Below, in pieces: positions 49,769-58,549 of a DNA stretch of 64,000 nucleotides; the stretch's first letter is position 1; each line of letters begins with the position of its first letter. This DNA is from Candidatus Goldiibacteriota bacterium HGW-Goldbacteria-1. GTDB lineage: Bacteria > Oederibacteriota > PGYV01. The stretch covers positions 7,220 through 71,219 of the forward strand of contig PGYV01000009.1 in NCBI GenBank assembly GCA_002839855.1, in the 5' to 3' direction. The translations under genes were made by a program, and so were the position numbers. The notes under the pieces were generated by a model that searched no databases, was not told the DNA's origin, and saw nothing but the letters and a program-made list of their open reading frames with translations.

Positions 49769-50721
49769 TTACGTTTAAACCTTATAAAACCGGAGCTGTC
49801 CACCACATTAAGCTTTCCGCATTTCTTTTCTATAGCATCCAGCACAATGTTCATTCCAACCACGTCAGAAGAAATATGCCCGGCTATGACAACGTTCAAA
49901 TTTGCTTTTTCAAGTTCTTTCTTGTGGTCAGCCGAAAAATGCATGCCCACTATTGTGTCCACGCCCGCGGCCGCTATTTTTTCATAAATTTCCTTGGGGC
50001 CTTCCGTGCCGCCTGTCATATCCACCATTACTTTCTTAACAGAGCGGTCCTTATTGCCTACAAGTATTTCCGGGCCGTTGCCCCTTTTCGCGTATTCCTT
50101 ATATTCAGGTTCTTCCATCAGCATGTCTATAATATCGGATACTTTTTTTGGTTTTTCGGAATCAAACCTTTTCTGCAGGTACTTTACAACGCTATTATCA
50201 GCCGGCGTGTGCATGTTCATCATGGATATATTCAGGAGCTTTGCCGCGTCCTGTACCCTGTAATGGTTGCCGGCGCTTACGCGCTCTCCCACTTCTTTTT
50301 TTCTTTTATCAAGCAGCGCTTCAGAGGCGGCTATGTTTACCCCGAAACTGTTAAAGATATCCGCCTGCATGGACATTACCTCATAAAAGTTCACCATGGC
50401 GCACCCTTCGGGGTGGTGGGCGATAACCGCGTCTATCTTCATCCCTTTTTCATTAAGCCTGTCCATTAAAAGCAGTTCGGGAACTTCCATATCTATTCCC
50501 ACAAGCACGGTCTTTATATTGTTGCCCGCGTCGTGAAGTATCCTGGAATCGGCGTAAGGGTTATACAGTTTTTGCGTATCATAGTATTTTTTACGGTCAG
50601 GGCTTAAGCCGGAATATTTTTTTGAAGTTTCTTTTAATATCGCATTTACAGCTGCAGCGCCGCGTGGGTCATTGTTTATCCCTGTTTCCACAGCTGCTTT
50701 ATATATTTCGGTAAGTTTCAT
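49765..50721 (-). CDS. hypothetical protein, possibly Nif3-like metal-centre protein
   Basis: There is a weak resemblance (AHHPEG, and a C-terminal GHISSD). The N-terminus is atypical. Confidence 0.3.
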   Translation of the reverse strand: MKLTEIYKAAVETGINNDPRGAAAVNAILKETSKKYSGLSPDRKKYYDTQKLYNPYADSRILHDAGNNIKTVLVGIDMEVPELLLMDRLNEKGMKIDAVIAHHPEGCAMVNFYEVMSMQADIFNSFGVNIAASEALLDKRKKEVGERVSAGNHYRVQDAAKLLNISMMNMHTPADNSVVKYLQKRFDSEKPKKVSDIIDMLMEEPEYKEYAKRGNGPEILVGNKDRSVKKVMVDMTGGTEGPKEIYEKIAAAGVDTIVGMHFSADHKKELEKANLNVVIAGHISSDVVGMNIVLDAIEKKCGKLNVVDSSGFIRFKRK

Positions 50722-50734
50722 AGGTCCCTCCGCG

Positions 50735-51343
50735 TCATGGTTTTGAAACGTAACTGTTTCCCTTTATGTAAAATCTCCACTTTAAATTCAGCCCGGTCTT
50801 TATGCCTATTCTGCTTTTGGCTGCAACGCTGAACTTTTCTTTTGGCCCGTCGCATACATATATTTCATTTTTCATCAAATCCGCTTTATTCTGTTCTTTT
50901 CCTATTGCCATTGCCTGCGTAAACTTTGCCGGCCCGTTGGTAAGATTTATGCCTTCGGCATTTCTGTTCTTCTTCATTTCTTTTATTCCGCTTACAGGTT
51001 CTACCGCCCTGATAAGGACAGCTGCCGCAATACCTTCAGGCTCCGTGACTATGTTAAAAAGGTGGTGATTTCCGTAACAGAAGTAAACGTAAGCCCGCCC
51101 CGGTGGACCAAACATAACTTCGTTTCTTGGCGTTCTTTTTTTAAACGCGTGGCTTCCGGGATCTTTTTTCCCCCTGTACGCTTCGGTTTCAACTATTTTC
51201 GCGGCCATAATAACCGCTCCCTGTCTGCGCACCAGATATTTTCCAAGAAGCGCTTTGGCTGCGCTTACAGAATTCTGAAGATAAAAACCGGCTTTAATTT
51301 TTCTTAACTTCAATTTATTTAAGAAACTCTTTGACAATAACAC
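50735..51343 (-). CDS. mpg: DNA-3-methyladenine glycosylase (Mpg/AAG family)
   Basis: The ...IVETEAYRG...DPGSHAF... motif of the AAG family is present. Confidence 0.8.
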   Translation of the reverse strand: MLLSKSFLNKLKLRKIKAGFYLQNSVSAAKALLGKYLVRRQGAVIMAAKIVETEAYRGKKDPGSHAFKKRTPRNEVMFGPPGRAYVYFCYGNHHLFNIVTEPEGIAAAVLIRAVEPVSGIKEMKKNRNAEGINLTNGPAKFTQAMAIGKEQNKADLMKNEIYVCDGPKEKFSVAAKSRIGIKTGLNLKWRFYIKGNSYVSKP

Positions 51344-51758
51344 CTATTTTAGTGCCGTCTGCCCTGCCTTTTACCTTTGGCATTACGGCGCCCATTACTT
51401 TTCCCATTTCCTTGGCTGACTGCGCGTTTACCGCGGTAATTGTCTCTTTGACAATTTCCCTTAATTCATCATCGGTAAGCTGCTTGGGAAGGTATCCCAT
51501 TATGATTTCAAGTTCCTGTTTTTCTTTTTCCGCCAGTTCCGGCCTGTTGCCTTTTGTGAAGCTTTCAATGGATTCGTTGTGGGCTTTGGATAAAGAAAAG
51601 ATGACGGAGACGATATCGTCATCCGTCATCTCTTTTTTTAACTTTATCTCTGCGTTCATGACAGCGGTCTTTATCTGCCTTATTACGGCAGTTTTAGTTT
51701 CGTCTTTCGCTTTCATGGACGCTTTTAAATCTTCTGACAGTTTTTCGTTTAAGCTCAT
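51315..51758 (-). CDS. yqeY: GatB/YqeY domain protein
   Basis: The typical MSLNEKLSEDLKASMKAKDE start and the helical YqeY pattern are present. The track ORF has a 15-codon upstream extension that overlaps rpsU. Confidence 0.7.
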   Translation of the reverse strand: MSLNEKLSEDLKASMKAKDETKTAVIRQIKTAVMNAEIKLKKEMTDDDIVSVIFSLSKAHNESIESFTKGNRPELAEKEKQELEIIMGYLPKQLTDDELREIVKETITAVNAQSAKEMGKVMGAVMPKVKGRADGTKIGVIVKEFLK

Positions 51759-51949
51759 TTCTTTATGGGCCTTTTTTTCTTGCGTTTTTTGCTGGCAGCC
51801 CACATTTTCTGTTTCTTTCTTACTGACGGCGGTTCGTAATACTCCCTTTTCTTCATTTCCTGAAGAATACCGGCGTCCTGCACTTTTTTCTTAAAGCGCT
51901 TCATTGCGTCGTCTAAGCTTTCATTTTCCTTTATTGAAATCTCAGCCAT
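51755..51949 (-). CDS. rpsU: 30S ribosomal protein S21
   Basis: The sequence MAEISIKENESLDDAMKRFKKKVQDAGILQEMKKREYYEPPS... with a basic tail matches S21. The true start is the ATG at 51949. Confidence 0.9.
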   Translation of the reverse strand: MAEISIKENESLDDAMKRFKKKVQDAGILQEMKKREYYEPPSVRKKQKMWAASKKRKKKRPIKK

Positions 51950-52052
51950 GTAAAATAATCCCTCCAAACTGTTCTGGAATAAAATTTTTCCCTGTATTTA
52001 CAGCAATTAACATAAATACAAAGTCAAAAAAAAGCAAAAATTGCTTTGAACA

Positions 52053-52081
52053 ATTATACAGATTATGCGACGGAAAGTCAA
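52053..52081 (-). promoter_or_regulatory. near-consensus sigma70 promoter of the rpsU-dnaG-rpoD operon
   Basis: The minus strand reads TTGACT-17nt-TATAAT. A hairpin AAGCAA-TTT-TTGCTT plus T7 follows directly in the leader. Confidence 0.7.
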
Positions 52082-52235
52082 TAAATAGATAAAGCCCATA
52101 CATAAGCCCATAGATAATAAGCCATATCCCATAAATAATGATTAAATGCCTATTTTGGGATTATTTAATAGATAAATAATGCCTTTTCATCTAACTACAC
52201 GGCATGTATTGCGCCTTATTCTTATGTTCAGCCTT

Positions 52236-52264
52236 GGTAGACGCGGGTCTTCAGCCCGCGGTAG
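52236..52264. repeat. GGTAG-hairpin repeat unit (A-type, forward): GGTAGACGCGGGTCTTCAGCCCGCGGTAG
   Basis: 6-bp stem CGCGGG/CCCGCG with a 7-nt loop. It is a member of the dispersed family. Confidence 0.75.
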
Positions 52265-52285
52265 TTTGTTTTGGATTTAAGTACT

Positions 52286-52316
52286 GGTAGGCGCGCCTTT
52301 TAAGGCGCGGCAGTTG
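52286..52316. repeat. GGTAG-hairpin repeat unit (B-type, forward): GGTAGGCGCGCCTTTTAAGGCGCGGCAGTTG
   Basis: It has the same flanks as the A-type, with a different self-complementary stem. Confidence 0.75.
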
Positions 52317-52337
52317 CTTTAAAAATTATTAAAAAAA

Positions 52338-52408
52338 CGCGCGGGCTAAAGACCCGCGTCTACCAAACCACTCTCACGAGCTGCTTCTTTTACCCGATTT
52401 TGCTTATC
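52338..52408. repeat. reverse-orientation hairpin unit plus conserved ~45-bp tail (TACCAAACCACTCTC...GCTGCTTCTTTTACCCGATTTTGCTTATC); copy 1 of the direct repeat flanking higBA
   Basis: About 85% identical to 53254-53331. Confidence 0.75.
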
Positions 52409-52453
52409 AAATTATGAAACTGTATTTGTTTGTATTATAAAAACCGGCGTATT

Positions 52454-52753
52454 TTATATCAATTTTAGAACAAGGCGTTTATTAACGCCATGGGCTATTT
52501 TTGAGAGCGTGGCAACTTCCGCGTTTTCCCCATTGTCAAAAACCCGCGATACCACCTGTGGTTTTAAACCCGCCTTTTTTGCCAGAGCGTATTTGGTCAT
52601 ATGTTTTTTATCAAGTTCTTTTTCAACGCTTGATAAAAAATCACACAAAGCCAATTCATCTTTAAATTCGCTCTGCGAAACATTAATATTATCAAAAAAA
52701 TTCTTAACATTTTCTTTCTTTGCGGTTGTAACCTGTTTTTTTGTAAGTTTCAT
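52454..52753 (-). CDS. higA: HigA-like antitoxin (XRE-family HTH)
   Basis: The C-terminal HTH is MTKYALAKKAGLKPQVVSRVFDNGENAEVATLSKIA. It lies immediately downstream of the toxin gene, which is the HigBA order. Confidence 0.7.
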   Translation of the reverse strand: MKLTKKQVTTAKKENVKNFFDNINVSQSEFKDELALCDFLSSVEKELDKKHMTKYALAKKAGLKPQVVSRVFDNGENAEVATLSKIAHGVNKRLVLKLI

Positions 52754-52754
52754 A

Positions 52755-53093
52755 TCATTTTCTCCCTTCTCTTGCTATTCTTATTTTTTCTGCCGTTTCA
52801 TACTCTCTTTGGTTTGTCTTTTTGTTTCCGCGTTCATAAAAAGTATGTATTATCTGCGCAGACTTGCCTTTCCAATAAAACAACATCCTGAATTCAATAT
52901 TGTGAAAATGCGGCCTTAATTCAAATAAGCCCTTGTATCCTTCCACCTTGTCCATATATTGCGAAGGAAGATTAAAACCGCGCAATTCAAGCAGCTCAAT
53001 ATATACTTTAATCTTCTTTTTAAGCCCTTCTTCTTTTATTTCCTGTACCGCTTCTAAAACCGCTTCGGTCATGTCATAAGAAAACAGATTCAT
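52755..53093 (-). CDS. higB: HigB/Gp49-family (RelE/ParE superfamily) toxin
   Basis: Gp49-like motifs are present (YIELLELRGFNLPSQY...GLFELRPHF). An RBS AAGGAG lies 7 nt upstream of the ATG at 53093. The track ORF starts at an upstream TTG. Confidence 0.7.
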   Translation of the reverse strand: MNLFSYDMTEAVLEAVQEIKEEGLKKKIKVYIELLELRGFNLPSQYMDKVEGYKGLFELRPHFHNIEFRMLFYWKGKSAQIIHTFYERGNKKTNQREYETAEKIRIAREGRK

Positions 53094-53110
53094 GTTAACT
53101 CCTTTCAAAG

Positions 53111-53130
53111 TATACAATTTAAATTGTATA
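53111..53130. promoter_or_regulatory. perfect 20-bp palindrome TATACAATTTAAATTGTATA just upstream of the higB RBS (HigA operator candidate)
   Basis: 9-bp arms separated by 2 bp, in the classic TA autoregulatory position. Confidence 0.65.
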
Positions 53131-53202
53131 GTGTCAAGTTATTATGATTTAAAGCGTGATTTTTTACCAAACCCTCCCACAGGGCATTGCATAAATCTAA
53201 AA

Positions 53203-53230
53203 CCACGCGCCCTAAAAGGACGCGGCTACC
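53203..53230. repeat. GGTAG-hairpin repeat unit (B-like, reverse; stem with one G.T position)
   Basis: CCACGCGCCCTAAAAGGACGCGGCTACC. Confidence 0.6.
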
Positions 53231-53253
53231 AAATCTTACATTTAAATTCACTT

Positions 53254-53331
53254 CCGTGGGCTGAAGACCCGCGTGTACCAAACCACTCTCTTTAACTGCC
53301 GAGCTGATTCTTTTACCCGCTTCTGCTTATC
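53254..53331. repeat. reverse-orientation hairpin unit plus conserved tail; copy 2 of the direct repeat flanking higBA
   Basis: CCGTGGGCTGAAGACCCGCGTGTACCAAACCACTCTC...GAGCTGATTCTTTTACCCGCTTCTGCTTATC. Confidence 0.75.
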
Positions 53332-53421
53332 TGCTTATTGCTTAACCCTCTATTCTTTTCATTCCCCGGCACCGACATCAGAACTCCATTATCTTTATAT
53401 AACAACATCATAAATAATTAA

Positions 53422-54408
53422 TTAAAATAAAAATTTAATGCTATTATTCTCTCTGTTCTTCATCATTTTCCTTCCTATATCCATCCATACAGATGTATCC
53501 TCTTTATTAAAAAATACAAAATCATTTATAATAGAAGTTATTAATTTGTTTAACCATGAAACAAGCTGTTTTTTTCTTAAACGAAACATTCTTCCAGTTC
53601 TTAAAAAATCATAATTCTTTTTATATTCCTGGTATACATTCCAACTAAGCCATTTATTATTATCACTTGAACCAACCGGAAATTTTCCAAGCTTCGATTT
53701 GATTATTATCATACCCAGCCTCTTACTTTCTTCGTCAAACTCAATTTTTAATATTCTCGATTGATTGTTGGTAAAATATATCTCAAAATTAAAGTATTTT
53801 TTTTGCTTATATAAGTAACTGTAAGAATTATTTTTTAAAAACACATTCATTTCTTTTAAACAGATACTGACAAATTCATTAAAACCAACAAAAGGATTTT
53901 TCTTGTTGTTAATTTGCAGGCGTATCATCAAACGCTTAGATATATTGACACCATCAAAAGAACCTTCTTCAATAGCATTCTTCAATATTTTTCTATTTTC
54001 AATAAATTTAATTATATTTGTATTTGTATTTTTTATACATTCTTTAATTAAAATAAAATTATTATTATCGTATTTTAAAATTAACTCATTAATTAATTCC
54101 CTGTATTCGAAATATTTACCAACATCCTCCCCTATTTGAAACCAAATATCAAATTTTTTAACGCCGATAGCAGTTCTCTTAATGTCTTTTAAACAATTAA
54201 TTCCTATCTTTATACTTGCAGAACCATCTTTTTTTGATACATTTAGAAAAAAAACAATCACACCAGAGGGTAAATATTTAATAAACTTATTTCGATTTTG
54301 CTTATAACCCAATTTTTCAAAAATTAAGTATAATTTTTTAATAAACAGATTATTATCCATAGTGTTTTTTATTCTCCCGTTCAGATACAAAATATCTCCC
54401 TTAAACAA
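53422..54408 (-). CDS. hypothetical protein in a sharply AT-rich segment (candidate horizontally acquired defence/Abi-like gene)
   Basis: A 328-aa ORF with Lys/Asn/Ile-rich composition. The GC content is far below the flanking regions. No recognisable domain was found by eye. Confidence 0.5.
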   Translation of the reverse strand: MFKGDILYLNGRIKNTMDNNLFIKKLYLIFEKLGYKQNRNKFIKYLPSGVIVFFLNVSKKDGSASIKIGINCLKDIKRTAIGVKKFDIWFQIGEDVGKYFEYRELINELILKYDNNNFILIKECIKNTNTNIIKFIENRKILKNAIEEGSFDGVNISKRLMIRLQINNKKNPFVGFNEFVSICLKEMNVFLKNNSYSYLYKQKKYFNFEIYFTNNQSRILKIEFDEESKRLGMIIIKSKLGKFPVGSSDNNKWLSWNVYQEYKKNYDFLRTGRMFRLRKKQLVSWLNKLITSIINDFVFFNKEDTSVWMDIGRKMMKNRENNSIKFLF

Positions 54409-54461
54409 ACGTTAAATTTCCACTACATTTATATATTAAATCAAATAACAAAACCGCAAGG

Positions 54462-55835
54462 TTAATATATAAACGACGCTTTTTCTACCTTTTCTATATG
54501 CGGGTAGGAGGAGTATGTGGCCATGACCCTTATATTGGTGTTATAGGTCATTCCCGGCAGAAATAACGGCACATATTCCAGCGGTATTTCCCATGAAATT
54601 GAATTTTCGCCCTGTTCCAGTTGTATGTTTTTGCATACAGTGACTTTCTTGTCCTTATCCAGTTCTATTTCCATTGTCACAAAACTCTTTTCCGTCAGGA
54701 AAAAATCAAACTGCATGGCGTTCACCGGCGGCACCGCCTGTATCCTGCCCACGCGGAAATTTGTCACATCGCTTCCTATCCAGAAATACTGCGCCGATTC
54801 TTTATCTGATACTATTACCTGCCCATAATGCCTGTATATGGAAATTCCGGTTGGTTTTTCAAATTTATAGTCATCCGTGCCGTAGGAGCCGTAAGAGGTA
54901 ATATACGCAAGGTCAGGCGAGAATTTATGTATCTGGGAATTAAAATAATCCACAAGGTAAATATTGCCGTAATAATCATAATCAAGGGTGGTTAAAACCA
55001 CTTTTCTTCCCAGCTTTTCGTCCACCCTTACGCCGCGGACAATATTCCCGTTTAAATCAAATTTCTGCAGCCTGTTAAAATTTCCGTCTATCACATACAT
55101 ATAATTCTGTTTGTATCCCAGATATCGCTGTCCGTCGTCAATAACGCAGATGCCGCGCGGGTTGGAAATGCCTTTTGTCTGGTCAATTGAATATAAATAT
55201 CCGCCGGACTTGGAAAAAACCTGTATTCTGTTATTGCCGTTATCCGACACATACAGTTTTCCGCCGGAATCAAGCTTTACATATAACGGCCTGTTGAATT
55301 CCCCGTCGCCGCTTCCCCCTTTTCCTATATTTCTTATAAACCTAAGTTTTCCATCTTTATAAAACAGCCTTACTATCCTGTTATTGCCGGTATCGGCCAC
55401 ATAAACGTCGCCGTATTCATTACACGAAATGCCCGTAGGCCTGTTGAATTCGCCGTCGCCCGTGCCCACGTTTCCATACACGGCAAGACCGCTCATTGAT
55501 ACATTATAAATTATTTCCCCGCGCCCTGAATTAACACCAAATGCCGTAAGCTGCCAGTCGTCCTTGCCGGGGTTTATTCCGCCGTAATCTGAAAGCATCT
55601 TTGTGGTCGCCACATCCTGCGGGTCTGAAAAATATGTTTTGTTGCCCAGAAAAACTTTAAGCCAGAAAGCCGTGCCGCGGTGCACCCCAAACGGGGTGTG
55701 CCAGAAACTTGGATAGACAAGCGTGGACGGCACATTTGTAAGGGTTACAAGTTCATCTTCTTTTTTACTCTCCGCGAAAGAAAAAGATGAAAGTAATAAT
55801 ATGAATGCTGTAAGGAGCACAAACTTTTTTTTCAT
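54462..55835 (-). CDS. secreted NHL-repeat beta-propeller protein
   Basis: A signal peptide is present. Repeated NHL motifs are present (GDGEFNRPTGISCNEYGDVYVADTGNNRIVRL, GDGEFNRPLYVKLDSGGKLYVSDNGNNRIQVF). Confidence 0.7.
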   Translation of the reverse strand: MKKKFVLLTAFILLLSSFSFAESKKEDELVTLTNVPSTLVYPSFWHTPFGVHRGTAFWLKVFLGNKTYFSDPQDVATTKMLSDYGGINPGKDDWQLTAFGVNSGRGEIIYNVSMSGLAVYGNVGTGDGEFNRPTGISCNEYGDVYVADTGNNRIVRLFYKDGKLRFIRNIGKGGSGDGEFNRPLYVKLDSGGKLYVSDNGNNRIQVFSKSGGYLYSIDQTKGISNPRGICVIDDGQRYLGYKQNYMYVIDGNFNRLQKFDLNGNIVRGVRVDEKLGRKVVLTTLDYDYYGNIYLVDYFNSQIHKFSPDLAYITSYGSYGTDDYKFEKPTGISIYRHYGQVIVSDKESAQYFWIGSDVTNFRVGRIQAVPPVNAMQFDFFLTEKSFVTMEIELDKDKKVTVCKNIQLEQGENSISWEIPLEYVPLFLPGMTYNTNIRVMATYSSYPHIEKVEKASFIY

Positions 55836-55854
55836 CTTTTATCCTTATACTTTT

Positions 55855-56619
55855 TTAAAAACGGTACTTAACAGTCATATAATCCATTCCATACCCGCTT
55901 TCAACGGATAGTTCCGCCTTCAGCCTGTCGTGCAGTTCATCCACCACAAAAGCGGAAAATATGCCAAGCGCGGCGCCTGCAAACACATCAGACACCCAGT
56001 GCTTATCTTTATAGACGCGCGCCGCAGCCACTGTGATGGCGGCGGGGTAAGTGATAAAATACAGCCAGCGGTTGTAATGTTCCGGTATCATTGTCGCCCA
56101 CATAAAAGCGGTGGACGTGTGCCCCGACGGAAATGACATGTCCGAAAATGACACGTGCCAAAAGCTGAACTGATTATCTGTCTGCGAAGGCCTTTGCCTT
56201 CCTGTAACTGTTTTTACAACGTATCCGGTAAGCCCGGATAAGGCAAGCCCTTCAAGCAGTTTGGCGCCGAATTCTTTTTCACGCGGGCTGTCCAGCGCGT
56301 AAAACACCGCCGCGCCTGCCATTACAACCATTCCATCCCCTGCATAGTTGGCTATATCAAATATTGTGTCTTTTGTTTTGTCGTGATATTTGCTTATCCC
56401 ATTACTTAACCATAAATCATTATTTATAAGCAGCGCGGTTGCCCCCGCAATACCGCCAAGAATTAAAGTTGTTTTTAACGGGTTTTCAATTATTGCCCCG
56501 CCCATGGCAGGGTAATCTTTAAATATAATATGTTCCAATACCGGCTCCGGCTGTTCTGCCGCGTAACAAAACGCGATTGCCGTAAGGATAAGCGATATGA
56601 TAAATATAATCCTTTTCAT
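55855..56619 (-). CDS. PAP2-family phosphatase
   Basis: The KxxxxxxRP...PSGH...SRxxxxxHxxxD motif set is present (PSGHTSTAF, ARVYKDKHWVSDV). Confidence 0.8.
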   Translation of the reverse strand: MKRIIFIISLILTAIAFCYAAEQPEPVLEHIIFKDYPAMGGAIIENPLKTTLILGGIAGATALLINNDLWLSNGISKYHDKTKDTIFDIANYAGDGMVVMAGAAVFYALDSPREKEFGAKLLEGLALSGLTGYVVKTVTGRQRPSQTDNQFSFWHVSFSDMSFPSGHTSTAFMWATMIPEHYNRWLYFITYPAAITVAAARVYKDKHWVSDVFAGAALGIFSAFVVDELHDRLKAELSVESGYGMDYMTVKYRF

Positions 56620-56652
56620 CCTGCCTCCGCTTATTATTAAAACTGCCTGTTT

Positions 56653-57249
56653 CTATTTGTACAGCTGATTTTTATTGATGTATTCCCACACCGCAGCGCC
56701 CACTTCTTCGCGGATATTATTGCCGTACTTTATGCGCGTCCTTAATTCTGACGCTGACAGGTCAATTAAGTGCGGGTTTGCCCAAAACATATCCGCGGCT
56801 TCGGGGTGTTTTTTTATGACTTTTTCCCTGGAAAAATCCGTGCGTTCAAATATTATGAATTTTATAAGCTTAAGAAGTTCTTTATAATCTTTCCATGTTT
56901 CAATAAAATAAAACGCGTCTGACCCTGTGATAAAATAAAATTCCTTGCCCGGAAATTCCGTCATAAAATATTTTATGGTATTGATTGAATAAGATATCCC
57001 CTGCTTTTTAATTTCATATTCCGACAGGATAAAATCCGGGTCGCCGGATATTAAAAGCTGCGTCATTTTTTCCCTGTGCCCGGAATCTATTATTCCCGCG
57101 TGGTCCTTGTGCGGCGGAAGGTATGAAGGCACAAAAAATATTTTGTCCAGCCCGAATTGTTTTTTTACATCCTTTGCCAGCAGGTAATGCCCGACGTGAG
57201 GGGGGTTAAACGTACCGCCGAAAATCCCCACCTTTTTTGCTTTATCCAC
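56653..57249 (-). CDS. nadD: nicotinate-nucleotide adenylyltransferase
   Basis: The GIFGGTFNPPHVGH (HxGH) motif is present. The protein is 198 aa. Confidence 0.85.
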   Translation of the reverse strand: MDKAKKVGIFGGTFNPPHVGHYLLAKDVKKQFGLDKIFFVPSYLPPHKDHAGIIDSGHREKMTQLLISGDPDFILSEYEIKKQGISYSINTIKYFMTEFPGKEFYFITGSDAFYFIETWKDYKELLKLIKFIIFERTDFSREKVIKKHPEAADMFWANPHLIDLSASELRTRIKYGNNIREEVGAAVWEYINKNQLYK

Positions 57250-58498
57250 GTATCTGCCCGCTGCCCGTAATTATGTATTTTTCAGACGTAAGCCCCAAAA
57301 GCGCCAAAGGCCCCCTGACGTGCAGTTTCTGGTTGGAAATGCCCATTTCCGCGCCAAGGCCAAATTCGTTGCCGTCCGTGAACCTTGTGGAAGCGTTTAC
57401 ATAAACCGCGGCTGAATCCACTTCATTTAAAAAACGTGATGAAGCTGTTTTATCCTGCGTTATTATCGCGTCGGAATGGTGAGAGCTGTATGTGTTGATG
57501 TGCTCTATTGCTTCATCAAGGTTGTCCACTATTTTAATAGAAAGTATTAAATCATTATATTCGGTTATCCAGTCCTGCTCTGTGGCTTCTTTTATATTTT
57601 TAAGTATGGTTCTTGTCCTGTCATCGCCTCGAAGTTCTACTTTTACCTTTGCATATTCCGCAGCCATTACAGGCAGAAACTTATCCGCTATCTTTGAATT
57701 AACAAGCAATGTTTCCATTGCGTTGCATGTGCTTGGCCTTTGCACCTTGGCGTTAAAACAAACCTTTACCGCCATGTCCATGTCAGTTGATGAGTCCACA
57801 TACGTATGGCATATGCCCGCGTCGTGCCTTATAACGGGGATAAGGGAGTTTTCTTCTATAAATTTAATAAGCCCGTAACCGCCGCGGGGGATTATGACAT
57901 CCACGTACTCTTTCATCTTTACAAGGTGGGCGGCAGCTTCCCTGCTTGTGGATTCTATGACTTCAACAGCGCCTTCAGGAAGGCCGGCATTTTTAATACC
58001 TTCTTTAATTATTCCGGTAAGGCAGATGTTTGAATTAATAGCGTCAGAACCGCCTTTTAGAATAACCGCGTTTCCGGATTTTAAAGTTAAAGACGCCGCT
58101 TCCACGCAGACATTGGGGCGGGATTCAAAAATAATCCCTATTACGCCAAGGGGCATTCTTATTTTTTGTATCTTTAAACCGTTGGGCCTTATTTCAGTGT
58201 GCGTTATTTCGCCGACAGGGTCTGGTAATTGTATTACGTCTTTTAATGCCTTTATCATTTCATCTATTCTTTTATCGTTTAAAGCAAGCCTGTCAAGAAA
58301 CGCTTCTGACAGCCCTTTTGTTTTGCCGTTGGCCAAATCAATATTATTCTGCTCTTTAATAGCAGCGCGATTTTTATCCAGCCCTTCAGCGATAAGTGAA
58401 AGCGCGCGGTTTTTGTCAGCTGTGCTGAATTTTACAAGTTCTCTGGAAGCTTTTTTGACGCTTTTACATTTTAAAAGCACCGCTTCTTTTTCATCCAC
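57242..58498 (-). CDS. proA: glutamate-5-semialdehyde dehydrogenase (gamma-glutamyl phosphate reductase)
   Basis: The aldehyde dehydrogenase fold is present, with the catalytic Cys in a ...STRFTDGNEFGLGAE... context. The start was moved to GTG at 58498. The track ORF's extra 34 N-terminal codons run through a structured intergenic element. Confidence 0.85.
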   Translation of the reverse strand: MDEKEAVLLKCKSVKKASRELVKFSTADKNRALSLIAEGLDKNRAAIKEQNNIDLANGKTKGLSEAFLDRLALNDKRIDEMIKALKDVIQLPDPVGEITHTEIRPNGLKIQKIRMPLGVIGIIFESRPNVCVEAASLTLKSGNAVILKGGSDAINSNICLTGIIKEGIKNAGLPEGAVEVIESTSREAAAHLVKMKEYVDVIIPRGGYGLIKFIEENSLIPVIRHDAGICHTYVDSSTDMDMAVKVCFNAKVQRPSTCNAMETLLVNSKIADKFLPVMAAEYAKVKVELRGDDRTRTILKNIKEATEQDWITEYNDLILSIKIVDNLDEAIEHINTYSSHHSDAIITQDKTASSRFLNEVDSAAVYVNASTRFTDGNEFGLGAEMGISNQKLHVRGPLALLGLTSEKYIITGSGQIRG

Positions 58499-58549
58499 TG
58501 TTAAACCCCTTTTTTTTATCAAACCACTATTTGTTCTGTACTTGCTCTC

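Noticed and set aside
49104-50469. Long plus-strand ORFs (169 and 197 aa) across yaiI and the Nif3-like gene
   Set aside because: Antisense to co-linear minus-strand operon genes. The compositions are Cys/Phe/Arg-rich, typical of reverse-frame artefacts.
52236-53331. CRISPR array (because of recurring GC-rich hairpin repeats)
   Set aside because: The repeats are not regularly spaced. They occur in both orientations. The intervening sequences are genes, not short unique spacers. No cas genes are present.
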